NCBI GenBank assembly: GCA_000708835.1
Contig: DF237475.1
Coordinates: 1 to 63,405, forward strand
Direction: 5' to 3'
Length of the DNA: 63,405 nt
Source: Klebsormidium nitens
Taxonomy: Eukaryota > Plantae > Klebsormidiophyceae
In this document: positions 47,101 to 58,685 of the stretch, piece by piece
How the letters are laid out: each line of letters starts with the position of its first letter
Position numbering within the stretch: position 1 is the first letter of the stretch
Position numbers and translations under genes: made by a program
Notes under the pieces: model-generated
Databases searched by the model: none
What the model saw: only the letters and a program-made list of their open reading frames with translations
What the model was told of the DNA's origin: nothing

Positions 47101-50100
47101 GTAAGCAACTCAGCATTTCGTCTCACTCCGCACCAGAAGCGCCTCTAAAGTTCTGAAAGTACCGAATGCGCGCCGAGACATGTCTTTAGGTATCAAGCAT
47201 GGCAGAACAGTTGTCGAATCTTGAAGCACTTTCCTTGCAGATTGCGGCCATACATCGAGAACCCGGACTTTGCCCCGGACCACGTGGGCCGCATCAGCGT
47301 GGCGTGCAAGAGCATCTGCATCTGGGTGCGCGCCATGTACAGCTACCACGTGGCCAAGGTCACCAAGATGGCGCCACGTGTCGAGCGGCTGCGCGAGGTG
47401 ACGTCCGACCTCGAGAACGCGCGGGCCGCGCTCGAGCGGCGCAAGGTCGAGCTCAGCGAGATGGAGGAGAAGATCTCGCACTTGAGAAGCCGATACGAAA
47501 ACGCGCGAGGCGCGAAAAACAGTCTGGTACAACAAGCGGAAGAGTCGGAGGTCAAAGTGGAGCGCGCGCAGCGGCTGATCGGGCGGCTCGAGGGGGAGTG
47601 CGCGCGCTGGGAGAAGTGCGCGGGGGAGCTGCGCGAGAAGTGGCGCGGGGTCGTCGGCGACGCGCTGCTCGCGGCGGGACACGTGGCGTACCTGGGGCGC
47701 GTCCCCCGGAAGCTTAGAGAGTCGCAGATCGCGGAGTGGCAGGAGGCGCTCCGGAATATCCGCTTGCCGTTCTCGCAGGGTTTCTCGCTCTTAGGTTTCT
47801 GTGTGGACCAGCAGACGGTTCAGGAGTGGGTTGCGGCGGGCTTGCCGAACGACCGTCAGTCTCTGGAGAACGCGGTTATGGTTAAGTACGCGCAGCGGTG
47901 GGTCAAGGTCGCTGACCCGCAGAACCAGGCGGCCGCGTGGCTGGGGCGGCGGGACAACGGACGGAGTCCGGCGTGGTTGGCAGCGGAATCCGCGGAGCTG
48001 GCCGCGGCTTTGGAGGAGGCCTTGCAAAAGGGGCGGGGCGTAGTCGTGAGTGTGGAGAAAACGGGGGACAGCGAGCTGCTACGGTCGATTGTGCGCTCGA
48101 ACGGGGCCTCTCAGGAAGAGGGGGAAAGTGGGTTGTGCGTCATGCACGTGAAGAATGAGAAAATGGCCGCGCAATGCCTGAGGGAGGTGAGATATGACGG
48201 CTTGCGTTTCTTGTTGATAATTTGCGTGAAGTCAGAAAGACTTTTCTGTGTGCCTTTGTAATGCTGGTGAAATCGGCCTGTTGTGCGACTTCGACAAATC
48301 TGCGTCGAGAAACTCGGACCTCGCTTAAGCAATGTAAGGCCCAGGGAGAATTTCAGCAGCATAGTCCGGCAGGCTCCGAGGAAAAGTTGAAGACTACTGG
48401 AGATGCAAATGGCTGTCCAGGACATTGAGACGGCCAAAGTTACTCGGACATCTACTTAGAGCAACCACTTGAATCAGTTCAGCCCACACCGCGAGTTCAT
48501 ACATCTATTGCTTTCTTGGCAGGACAACATGGACGCCAATTGCGTCGACTTCTCCATAACGAACGACGGCGTCTACAGCCAGCTTCTGGCCCTCGGTGAG
48601 TTCCTGCCCTTGAACTTTTGAAACGGCTGCCGTGCTGCAGTGAAGAACCGCTTCACTCCCCTCGTTTGCAAACGTGTGAGAGCGCCTGACGAGGCGGCCT
48701 ATCAATCTCGTCTCCAGGTTAAATGTCTCGTCTCTCACCAGCTGACCCCATGCCGTTCACTGGTTTCAAAGTTCGTGTCCAAAAGCACTAAAATCTCTCG
48801 GCCGCAACCGATGGACGAGACTTGCCCTTTTGCGTCCCCACATATGTCCGGTATCTGCCTTTCTGCGCGCCTGCCATCCGACCTTTCCGAGCTGGCCCTA
48901 AACCTTTTCTCCCTTTACCCCTTCAGCCTCCTCATTCTTAGCCCCTCGATTTTATTCCCCTTTATTTCCAAGTCTTCTTACTCCTAACCCTAAATGTCCA
49001 AACCCGCAGTGGTGGAGAAGGAGCGGCCCGACCTGGAGGAGCAGCGGCGCGGGCTGGTGCAGTCGCACGCGGCGCTGGAGCGGCAGCTGGCGGCCGCGGA
49101 GGAGCGGCTGCTGGCCCTGGTGTCCGGCGCGTCCGGAACCATCCTGGACGACGCCGCGCTCGAGGACGCGCTCACGGCAGCGTCCGGGACGTACGAAAAC
49201 ATCCAGGTGAGCGGACTGCTGTCTTTTGGAAAAATCCGCGGAAGGAGAAGTGCAGGAGTCGACATTCTTATGACGAAGTTGTCTACAAGTCCATAGGGGA
49301 GGAGTCGGGCACGTACGTTCTTTTCTAGTCGCACGTGCGGGGCGTCGGTGCTTTTCTTCCTCATGTGGACGGCACCATTTCGAGAATAAATAGGACGAAA
49401 GGAGAATCTTATGTCATGTTGTTCGTCTGCAGCTGTAAATTCCGTCCTAAATTTTCCTTCACCGAGGCCGCCGTTCTAATCAACGCTTTCTTTTGAGTCA
49501 ACCAGATGCTTTATGAATATTCTATGACCGCTTTCTTTCCTAGTTTGCTCTTGATTTCGAATTCAGAGCTGGAACAACGGTACTGCGCGCGCGCTTATTT
49601 TATGGGTTCCCCCCTCCGCAGGGCCGCATTTCCCGGGTGGCGGCCAACGAGGGCGAGCTGGAGGCGACGCGCGACCGGTACCGGCCCGTCGCGGAGCGCG
49701 GCACGCTGCTGTTTGCCACCATTAGGGACCTCGCTAAGGTGCGCTCGTTCTCCGTCCTGCCCAAATTTTCCTTCAACGGAACGCTTCCAAGACTACCTTC
49801 TCAGTCTCTACGGGAGCTGCGACGAACAGCAGGGTCAAAGTCCCGACGTCTCTTCTTATCTGCTCTTGTTTTCCGGCGCAGGTAAGGTCCAGCTTATCTG
49901 TGGGCGAAGAAATTCACTGATTTCTTGCGTCCCGCTTTTGGGACGCCAGCTGCAAACCGAGCCGACGAATAGCTGACCCTTTTGCAGCGAAAAGAGTCCA
50001 CCTTAAGTTCCCTTTATGAAGATTCGCTTCTCCTTGCATTCCCCATTTTAGATCACCAGCTGATCAGCTAAACTGACGGATAGTTATCCCTTTTTAAGAG

Positions 50101-53100
50101 AGCCCATCTCACAGCTTAAGTTCATCAAACCCAATTTTGACTCGCCTTCAGCTTTTCATGGGCAGCTGATGAGCTCAAACCCACGAAACATACGCCATTT
50201 TCATCTCCAGTGCGGCCCCCTATACGGCCGCCGGTTGGGCTGGTTCAAGCAGCTGTACGCGCGCGGCATGCAACGGACGTCCGCGCTGAGCCCGGTGGAG
50301 GTGTCCGAGCGGCTGACCTACCTCACGCGCCAGATGACGTCAGTCGTCTTCTGCACCGTGGCCGGCACGCTGTTCGCGGAGCACCGGGCGCTCTTCGCCC
50401 TCGTCCTGACCGCCAGGTGAGAGTTTCGGACGCGTTCGGACGTGTAAAGGATGAAAAGCCGCCAAGGCTTGCCTGATTGCGAACATATGAAGCGGATGAG
50501 TACTTGTCTCCTTGCAACCATATCAGACGGTTAACCGGGAGGTCTTATGAGCTTCCTTGTAGTTTCTTCCTACTTATGGGGAGTAGACTACGCACACCGT
50601 TGGATCGTTCACAAAGCTGACAGAATCTTCTGTTGGCAGCCTGAAGTCCAAACAATCGACCATATATCCGACGTATCTTTGTCAGGATCCTGGAAGCTCG
50701 GGGCGACCTCTCTGCGGAAGAATGGGGCGCGTTCGTCGCCGGCCCGGGCCAAAGTACCCTGGTGGACCAGCCGCCTTTGTTTTTAGCCGACAAGCAGGAG
50801 AAGTGGTCGGCGCTTCTGGATCTGGAGAGTCGCCTCGACTGGTGAGAACACTTACATCGCAATTGACAGGAAGGAAGTACCCACTTGATTTTGGCACGAA
50901 GACTGCCTGATCTTATACTTCCATTGGTATCACAGCCTCCATTTCTTCCCACACCTTGCAACGACCTATTGGGCGGCCGCCTCGCTGATTGGTCCTTTGA
51001 ATTGGACCCGTAACGGTGACGAAACAAAGGGCCATTCCCCAGAGCTTTACTCCCCTTACTTAATTTCCCGAAAACTTTGTATCTGAAGCCGCGCTTTCTC
51101 CGCCGCCGCCTCCTGCAGTTTCTCGGGGTTGTCCACCGACGTGCGCCGCAACGCCCCCGCGTGGCAGGCGTTGTTCGAACGTGAGGGCGCCCCGGACGCC
51201 CAGCTCCCGGACCCCTGGGCGTCCGAATCGAGCCTCTTCCAGAAGCTGGTCCTCACCCGGTTCCTGTGGCCCGACCAGGTAAGGCCCAGTTTAAACACTG
51301 TAACTATCTGAAACGATCTCAAGCATCAAACCAAGTAATGAGACAATGGATAATCCATGCTTTCTTGCGAACAATCGCATGTCTCGTCGGAGGCAACCCA
51401 TTCCGGTCGGAGTCAGCTGAGTAGGAGGTTGAGAGCAGAGAAGGAAAGAATCAAACAAGCTCTGCCCCCGCTTAAACGGTTGATTCTACGGACTGGAGGA
51501 GAGACTCCTCTCCACTTCTCTGTAGCTGTTGCTGCGAACTTAAGCCAGTCAGGTTATTCCTGCAGGAAGGCGTCAGAATCTGTCCTCGTTGCAGAGAATT
51601 GTCCTGTGTCATTACCACGCTTCGCAGTCGGGTAACGCCACCGGGGTACTATGAACTAGGTATTGTACTCATCCTCTGGGTTTCAGTGCCCAATTGCACG
51701 GCTAGTGCTCCTGCAGAATTCGCAATTTGACGAGTCGTACCTTTTTGACTCGCAGGTCGTTTCCGCGGCGGAGCGGTGCGCGTACGCCGTCCTCGAGATC
51801 GACGCCGCCGCGGCCGCGGCGCGGCCGACGGTAGCCGCGGCCGCGGAGCAGGCCGACCGGCTGACGCCCATCCTGTGCGCGTGCGCGCCGGGCGCGGATC
51901 CGCTCGTGGAGGTAAGCCGGAGTTATACTTTCCGTCCACCCTTTGTCGAAAGGACTTTTGACTATGAGTCGAAAATATGATATGATTTTTGTGCAGAGAG
52001 AAACATTTGAACAGAGCTACTGATTGGAAGGATTCTGCTACAAACAAGCGTCACGAAAAGGTGGACATGTTTGGTGTTTGGTGGAAGTTAAGGAAGCCGT
52101 CCCGTTTGAGAGTCTTGCAGTCGATAGGTGTCTCGATGCTGGATGCACGGTCAAGCTCGTTATACATTCTTTTGTACAGCCGGACTTTTAGACTACAGGG
52201 AATCCTTTGCAGCCCCGTTGAATCTCAAGACACCGTTGTGCAGATCTCGGAGTTCGCGCGCAAGAAGAGCATGAGCAAGCGCATGTGGGCGGTGTCGCTC
52301 GCGGAGGCCGGCCAGTGCGAGCGCGCGCTCGAGGGCATCGCCGACGCCGCCAAGTGGGGCAAGTGAGTGCCCACGTCAGCATGGCGTCATATCTGCGAGC
52401 CCTCTCTGTCATCGCGTCTGTATACCTCATTGCGGAACCGACGGCCTTGAGGCTTTCCCGGAGCCTTAGAGGAGACAAATAAAGCGCCTGCCATGCAGTC
52501 TCAACTTAAACGGCTCCCGGGCTTCGCTTCCGTACGATTGTCAGTTGAGGTCTTGGAATACATCCTTTGCTGGCAGCAAGAGCTTGGCCTTTCATCACCT
52601 GAAGCAGGACACAAACGTCTGGGCGCGCGTTGAAGCCAAGTTCTACAGGCTAAGAATCAGATTGCAACCAAGCAATTATTCGAGGTTAGTGCTGAGAAAG
52701 AGTGCATTTTTGTCTTCGAGACGGCAACGACACAAACAGAGGTTCCTACTCCTTTTCCAGGTGGGTAGTGCTCCAGGACTGCCACGCGGCAGGCCCATGG
52801 TTGGCCACGTTGCAGGGCGCCCTGGAGGGCCTGAAAGGCAACCCAAACGTGCACGACAACTTCCGGGTTTGGCTCACCACCGCGGCCGCGGCGGACTTTC
52901 CGCCGGAGCGGCTGCACGGCAGGTGAGAAGCAACGGAATTGTGGAAAGAGCAAGCCAATAAGCAAAGACGAACCCTCCTAAAAATAGTAGAACTCACAAA
53001 GACCCATTGTGTAGCAACTTGCAATTGCTGCTTTGATCTTTCATACGCATTTTGGTATGTTTGGGTCCTGAAAAAATGAACTGGGCACAGCGGTCTTTGG

Positions 53101-56100
53101 AAGTCCCTTGTACACCAACTTGTGATCCGTGTTCCAGCCTCGAAGACGAGGCGTGGTGGAAAACAGCCGTACAGAGAAGAAGGGCGTTACACGCCATTTC
53201 ATTTCATAATTGAATGTGTTTTTGTCGTCTTCTCTTGACGTTCCTAAAAGCTGGCCGATGCTGACGGAGTGTCCTTTCTTCTTTCTCCTCTGTTCAGTGT
53301 CAAGCTCGTCTTCGAGCCGCCGCAGGGCGTGCGCGCGCACCTGCTCCGCCTACTGCAGCAGCTGGAGGCCGAGACCGCGGCCGCGGCCGCGCCGCGCGCC
53401 CAGGCGGCCGCGCTGGCTTGGTACCGGCTCTGCCTCTTCCACGCCATCGTAGTGGAACGCTGCCAACGTGGCAAAATAGGGTGAGGGGACGCTTGCACTG
53501 GCCTGTTCGAGCGGAAGGACTTGGTTCACAGGAGTTTCAGAAGTTCAGAGGATCAGAAATTTCGAGCGGCTTGCTCAACAGGTCTCTAGCCTTTTTGTGG
53601 TGCCGATGCATTGCTTAGAAGCCGCTCAAGTACCCAAACGCGGGATCCATCTTTCTTACCCACACAGCCGATGAGTCCATGAGGTGCCTGTTTTCGCCGT
53701 ACAGAGTACGCTTTTTATATTTAACCAGTCAAGGGCACGGGCACAGCGACATTAATATCTCTATTCAAAGCCCTGGAAGACGTCCTATTCCTTTCGACTG
53801 TTGTACTTCAAGCTTTCAGGCTGTACTGCCAAGCTCTCAAGGCAAACGTGACATTGTTTGAACACCTTTCTCCTTCCAGGTGGCATTCCCCTTGTTCCTT
53901 CACTTCCCACGACTTCCACACCGCCAAGGCTCTGCTCGCGCGCCTGCTCGCGCCGCGCCCCGCGACTCCCGCAGAGCCGCCCGCGCCTAAACCCCAAACC
54001 CCCGAGCTCGACAGCCGGCGGCCGACCCCGCGTCAACCGGGCGAGTCGCTGCTTCCAACCACAGCGGAGTGGGTGCTCGGGAGCGGCGGCTCGAAGGGTT
54101 CGAAGGGTTTGGGCGAGGCCGACAGTGCGGCCGCGGCGCGCGCGCTGTCCGAAACGCCGGACGGGCTTTTGGATCTGCTGGGGGAGACGGCGTACGGCGG
54201 CAGATTGGCGGACGCGTCGGACAGGCGCGCGCTGCGGACGCTCCTCGCGGACTGCTTCGCGCCAGGTCCGGCCATTTGACACCTGTGTATCTGCTCGTTC
54301 CATCTTTGGAAAGCTCTTTCAAAAAGTGATATTCATCTTTCCTTACCGGTGGACATCCATCCAGGATTTTTCACATACGGTCTTGAATTCTGCTGCTTAC
54401 TGGAGCAACCACGATGCTTCTCCTACTGGCAATAAGCCGAACTGAAAGACCCTCTCATCTATTCCTCCCCTTCGTGCGAAAAGCGAGCTCCTCTTTTGTT
54501 TGAATATGCAGGTGTCTTTCCGTAACTCAAACTGGGTTTGATGCTCAAATATCTCATCCCGCAGTGCTTTACGCTTTTCCGGTCAATTACGCCTTCAAGT
54601 GTGCTGACATCTGAGCCGTATCTTTTCGTTTCAGGAGGTCTTCTCGCAAACGGCACGCAGTACGTTCCTTCGGAGCCCGCTCCGCTCGCGGCCTACCTGG
54701 AGCACGCGCGCGCGCTCCCGTGCGACGACCCGGCGGACCTCCTGGGCGTGCGCGCGAGCACGGGCCGAGTCTTGGCGGCAGCGGCCGCGGAGACTCTCCT
54801 CGAGCGCGCGGCGACGCTGGGGTGCGGAATGGCCGACGGAAGCGAACGGACGGAAGACGAACAGCAGGTACGTAGCTGTTTGTGCCAGTGATTGAGGTCG
54901 ATGGAAGCCTTTCTTCTGCAAGGGCTGATTATGATGAAAAGCCCGGGGACCATCAGCAAATGGTCGCTCGATCAAATTATTCGTCTGTCAGCCTTGATTA
55001 GACGGCAGCTTCGGACTTGGTCGACTCACAGATGTGAGTAACTGGAACTCCCAACATGCTGCGTCTCTGTTAGATACATTCAGGAGCAGGATCTAGAATG
55101 AATGTTAGTGGAGTCGATATGAGAAACGGCCAAGAGAATTCAGCCGGTTAAGAATCCTGAAGAAGCATCACAACTCTATTTTCAGGCACTCGACGAAGAA
55201 ACCGCACGGGCGGCGCTACTGGGCGCCCTTCCGGCGACCATCCCCGACCCAAAGCCCGGTTCTCGGAGCCTGCGCCAAGATCCGGTGGTCGCCGCGATCG
55301 CTTGGGAGGTGCGGCTCTTCAACCGGGAGCTCGAGGCGTGGCGGGAGGAAGATGGAGAGGCCAGGCCCCTGCAGGAGGAGATAGTCAAAACCCTGCGGTT
55401 GCGGCGAGACGCGCTCGCGGCCGCGGTGCGCGCGGGCGGCGGGAAGAGCATGAGGCTGTGGCTGCCGGCGTTCCGGTCCCCGCAGGTGAGAATCTTACTC
55501 CATCAACCCTCAACGGGTTGAGGACTGCAATACTTTTGACAATCTCCTGATGAGTTTCGTAAACGCAAGACGAGGCAATGTACGAGCTATTTTGGCCGAG
55601 CTTTGCTTCCTTCCAATAGTGGAAACAGCACACTATGTCGACGTGTTGTAATCCTCCGGTTCCGCTTTCTTCTCATTCGATCCGTTTCTGGCGGTTCGAA
55701 TCGAAGAACTTGCCTACCTTGCTGATTCAGACACTGGATTATTGGTGTGTCCCCTCTCAACATGCGCGAAAAAGCGAGGATTCGCACGCCTTTCTACGTC
55801 TCTTCTCGGCGTCACGTACGGCAGGTGTGCAGGACACGCGGAACGCAGTTCGTCTTTGTGCTTTGAGGCAAGCAAGTGCTGATTTTCTGTTTATGTCCCT
55901 TCAGGCCCTCTTCGCGGCAGTCGCCCATCGATCTGCCCAACAGACTGGCCTACCTCTCGACGAGATCGCGCTGACGTTCGACGTCGAAAGCGTCCCGCGC
56001 GACGATCAGCCCCCCGGAGAAAACGAGACCCATTTTTGCTTCGAGGGGCTGATGCTTGAAGGGGCCGTGCTGGCCGATGGAGTGCTCCAACCGCCCGAAG

Positions 56101-56321
56101 GCGAAGGCGACCACCCGACGCCTGTCTTGGTGCGCGTGGTCGCCCTGCCGAGGACGGATTATGGGCTTGAAGCGGACAGAACGTATCTGTGTCCGGTTCA
56201 CATTGTCTCTGCGGAAGGGCGCAAGGTGCTCGGCTGGACCCGGTTGCGGTCGGGGCAACGCCCTGAGGGCTGGTGGGAGAAGCGCCAGGTGGCAGTTGTA
56301 TGTCGGAGCGCGTGGTGCTGA
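35191..56321 (+). CDS. DHC: Divergent axonemal (inner-arm, DNAH1-like) dynein heavy chain, 22 exons, about 4300 aa, with degenerate AAA1
   Basis: Exons 35191-36607, 36923-37289, 37699-37897, 38236-38304, 38683-40361, 41010-45327, 45823-46865, 47241-48186, 48523-48595, 49010-49206, 49622-49738, 50211-50416, 50686-50841, 51119-51278, 51756-51911, 52244-52362, 52761-52922, 53298-53480, 53880-54265, 54635-54867, 55186-55485 and 55905-56321. All introns are GT-AG and the exons total 12903 nt with no internal stop. Landmarks: LRHPGVRQRHW, KLEPVF, KRARFPRLHFLTDDEL, four P-loop positions, stalk and MTBD (KDIAEMKSLAKPP), ERPDLEEQR, WVVLQDCH, EPPQGVR, YGGRLAD and C-terminal WWEKRQVAVVC. Confidence 0.93.
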
Positions 56322-57938
56322 AAAGCTAGTCCCTAACGTTAAAGACAGGCGTTACGAGAGAGCCAGAAAGCTTTTAGGTAAATGCCAACCTTTTCAAGGG
56401 ATGAAAGGTGACGGCTTGGTACTCTCAGAGTATCGGGTTTATTAATAAGCAAGGATTTACGCTGCGGCCGTCCAGATCCAATGATGGATAGTGTTCCAAT
56501 CCGATAACAAACGGATTTGGCAAGCCGTGTTGGACCCCAACGCCTCTACATACTCCTTACCTCAGTGCAATGAGATTTTAGACCATAGTGTGCGCTCGAT
56601 GATAGTCATAGGGGGCAGCATGAGGACAACGGTCGCGACCACGTCAACATGCAGACGGTGCGGGTGTCACGTTTCTCCAATTATTCACTTGTTCAATACT
56701 ACACTTCATAACTGCTTTGCTGATGGACGTCTGCATGCACCTGAAAATTCAGAGTTGTTGTCATGAAAAACCTCGGCTTTTGCGGCGAGCTCGAGCAAAG
56801 TCATTGGACTTGTCTTCGAGTGGGCAACTCTATGCGATCCGTATACAAGGTATCACGATCCAAAGTTACTCGTTTAGCTAGGACACTAGTGACGTTTGAC
56901 AAGGATATCTAGACGTCAGCCTTTTGACCTTTATTTATTGCGAGGACACCCCCAAACAAAATGGCTCTTGATTTTTTATGAGGGCCCCTTCAAATGAAAG
57001 CAAAGAAAGAGAGTAGCGTGCAGAAGCCACGGTAGTACAGGTCCGAAAGGAGATTGGCAGATTGATGATGCTCAGGCTCCTTTTGTTTACGTCTGAAGCT
57101 CGACATGTCTAACTTTAGTCGACCTCCGCATCAGAATCGGCCATGTCAGAAGCATTGTGAGCATTGACATGGGGAATGGAGTGCCGCTTTTTTCAAGCAC
57201 CAGCTCATGCTCCCGTTCACGCACGAACGTCACTGTCCAACTTAGCTGAGCTGTGACAAAATCTCAACAACCTAAGCTTTGCAAGGCGCAAAAGGGCCTT
57301 TGATACGCTGCGACACGAATTATATAATTTTCTGCATCTGTTTCATGAGCAGATGAAGGTCTCTGTATTGCCACAAAAGATGTGGAGCTCGTGCTTCTTG
57401 TGATGATATTCTTAAAAGTGCTCCTAGCTCCACAGTGCGTCTTGTGATTGATGTTGTTGGGATTTTCTCTGCTCGCGGCTGGGCCAAGCCGAGTGTTAAG
57501 TCAACCTGCGTGGAGCGTCGCATTCTTCAGAAGCAACGCTCGAACCTGTTGGTATCCGAACCTCCACTACAGGTTTGAAAAGCTACAATACCGCCATCAC
57601 ACAAACGAGCCTATATATCTGTTTCGGATCAGCCGGACAATTCCCCCGGCCTGGTCGGGCACACCACTTTCTTCGTGCAGGAAGGGTCTTACAGTCCTCT
57701 GCCTCTCATCGAATCCGGCTGCGGCAATTGAACGGATCGAGTGTAAGATTTTATCTGTTTCTTACAACCCGGAAACGATGCCTGAAGGTCGACAACACGG
57801 CGGCCGCGCGTTGAGGCGCGCGAAGTAAACTCTCCCTCGTTGACGTCGGGATCGGGAACTGTGCAGTTCTGAGCATTCTTTGTTTGTTCAGGATAAAGTG
57901 TAGGCGCACAAGAGTAGCTTTTAAGAGGCAATTCCAAG

Positions 57939-58685
57939 ATGTCGGTCAACGTCAGGAAGCCGCAGCAGCCAGGAAGGGGGCCAGTACGCAGCTGTAGCTT
58001 TATGCACGTGGCTGTAGGAAGAAGGTTTTTACGACTGTGTTTAGCAGCGATACAGGCGAAGACAGGTGTGCCTGAGCACATGATTGGCGATGATGTCGGA
58101 GAAGCAGACATCCCTGGCGTTCAGATGCGCGGCCGTACGATCACCAAAAAACCAGACTGTGTGCTCCATGTTAATCGCTACCTGCGACAGAATTTCCCAA
58201 AGCCTGTCCATCAAATGGACAATGATGACCTGTTGGAGGTCTTAGAGAGCGGGCCGACCGTCTTCATCTCAGAAACAGCACTCCATAACGAACCTAATAT
58301 TGACTATGTGAAAGAGGAGGCGGAGGCCACTGAAGCTGTGTTTGATCAACCAACAGTAAACATTCTGGCAGCTGGCAAGGTTTACGTCAGCAAAGGGTAT
58401 AAGAGGGTGACAAAACACATGTTCGCTGTCAAAGTACGCAGGGCCGTGATGCAACGGAGCTGGCTTAGTTGGCAGCAGTGGGACCTGCAGCAGTGCAACG
58501 CACGCGGAACGCCTGGTTACCGGTTCGACTTCATCACAGAGCAACTTGTTGGCAACACAGAGCTACATCCTGGTTTGAGCAACCATCTGCAGGACAATTT
58601 GTCTGTCGATGTATGGTCTTTAAAGCTCCACTGCGAAGGAAGGGCCAAGAGGGAAAGAGATCATCCGTGGAAAAAGCCTTACTAG
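57939..58685 (+). CDS. Hypothetical protein, possibly PD-(D/E)xK nuclease-like
   Basis: A 248-aa ORF with protein-like composition from about 58055 (cag|GCGAAG), containing KKPDCVL...GPTVFISETAL. The fold call is weak inference. Confidence 0.5.
   Translation: MSVNVRKPQQPGRGPVRSCSFMHVAVGRRFLRLCLAAIQAKTGVPEHMIGDDVGEADIPGVQMRGRTITKKPDCVLHVNRYLRQNFPKPVHQMDNDDLLEVLESGPTVFISETALHNEPNIDYVKEEAEATEAVFDQPTVNILAAGKVYVSKGYKRVTKHMFAVKVRRAVMQRSWLSWQQWDLQQCNARGTPGYRFDFITEQLVGNTELHPGLSNHLQDNLSVDVWSLKLHCEGRAKRERDHPWKKPY

Noticed and set aside
39089-47717. Many long antisense or alternative-frame ORFs over the dynein gene (for example 39306-40271 -, 41016-41888 -, 42029-42796 -, 45678-46598 +, 46242-46856 -)
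   Set aside because: These are shadow ORFs expected from very GC-rich coding DNA, and their products are low-complexity Arg/Ala/Ser sequences.
35191-56321. Dynein gene as a classical pseudogene
   Set aside because: All 22 exons join in frame through GT-AG introns with no stop over about 4300 codons, and the MTBD and C-terminal motifs are retained.
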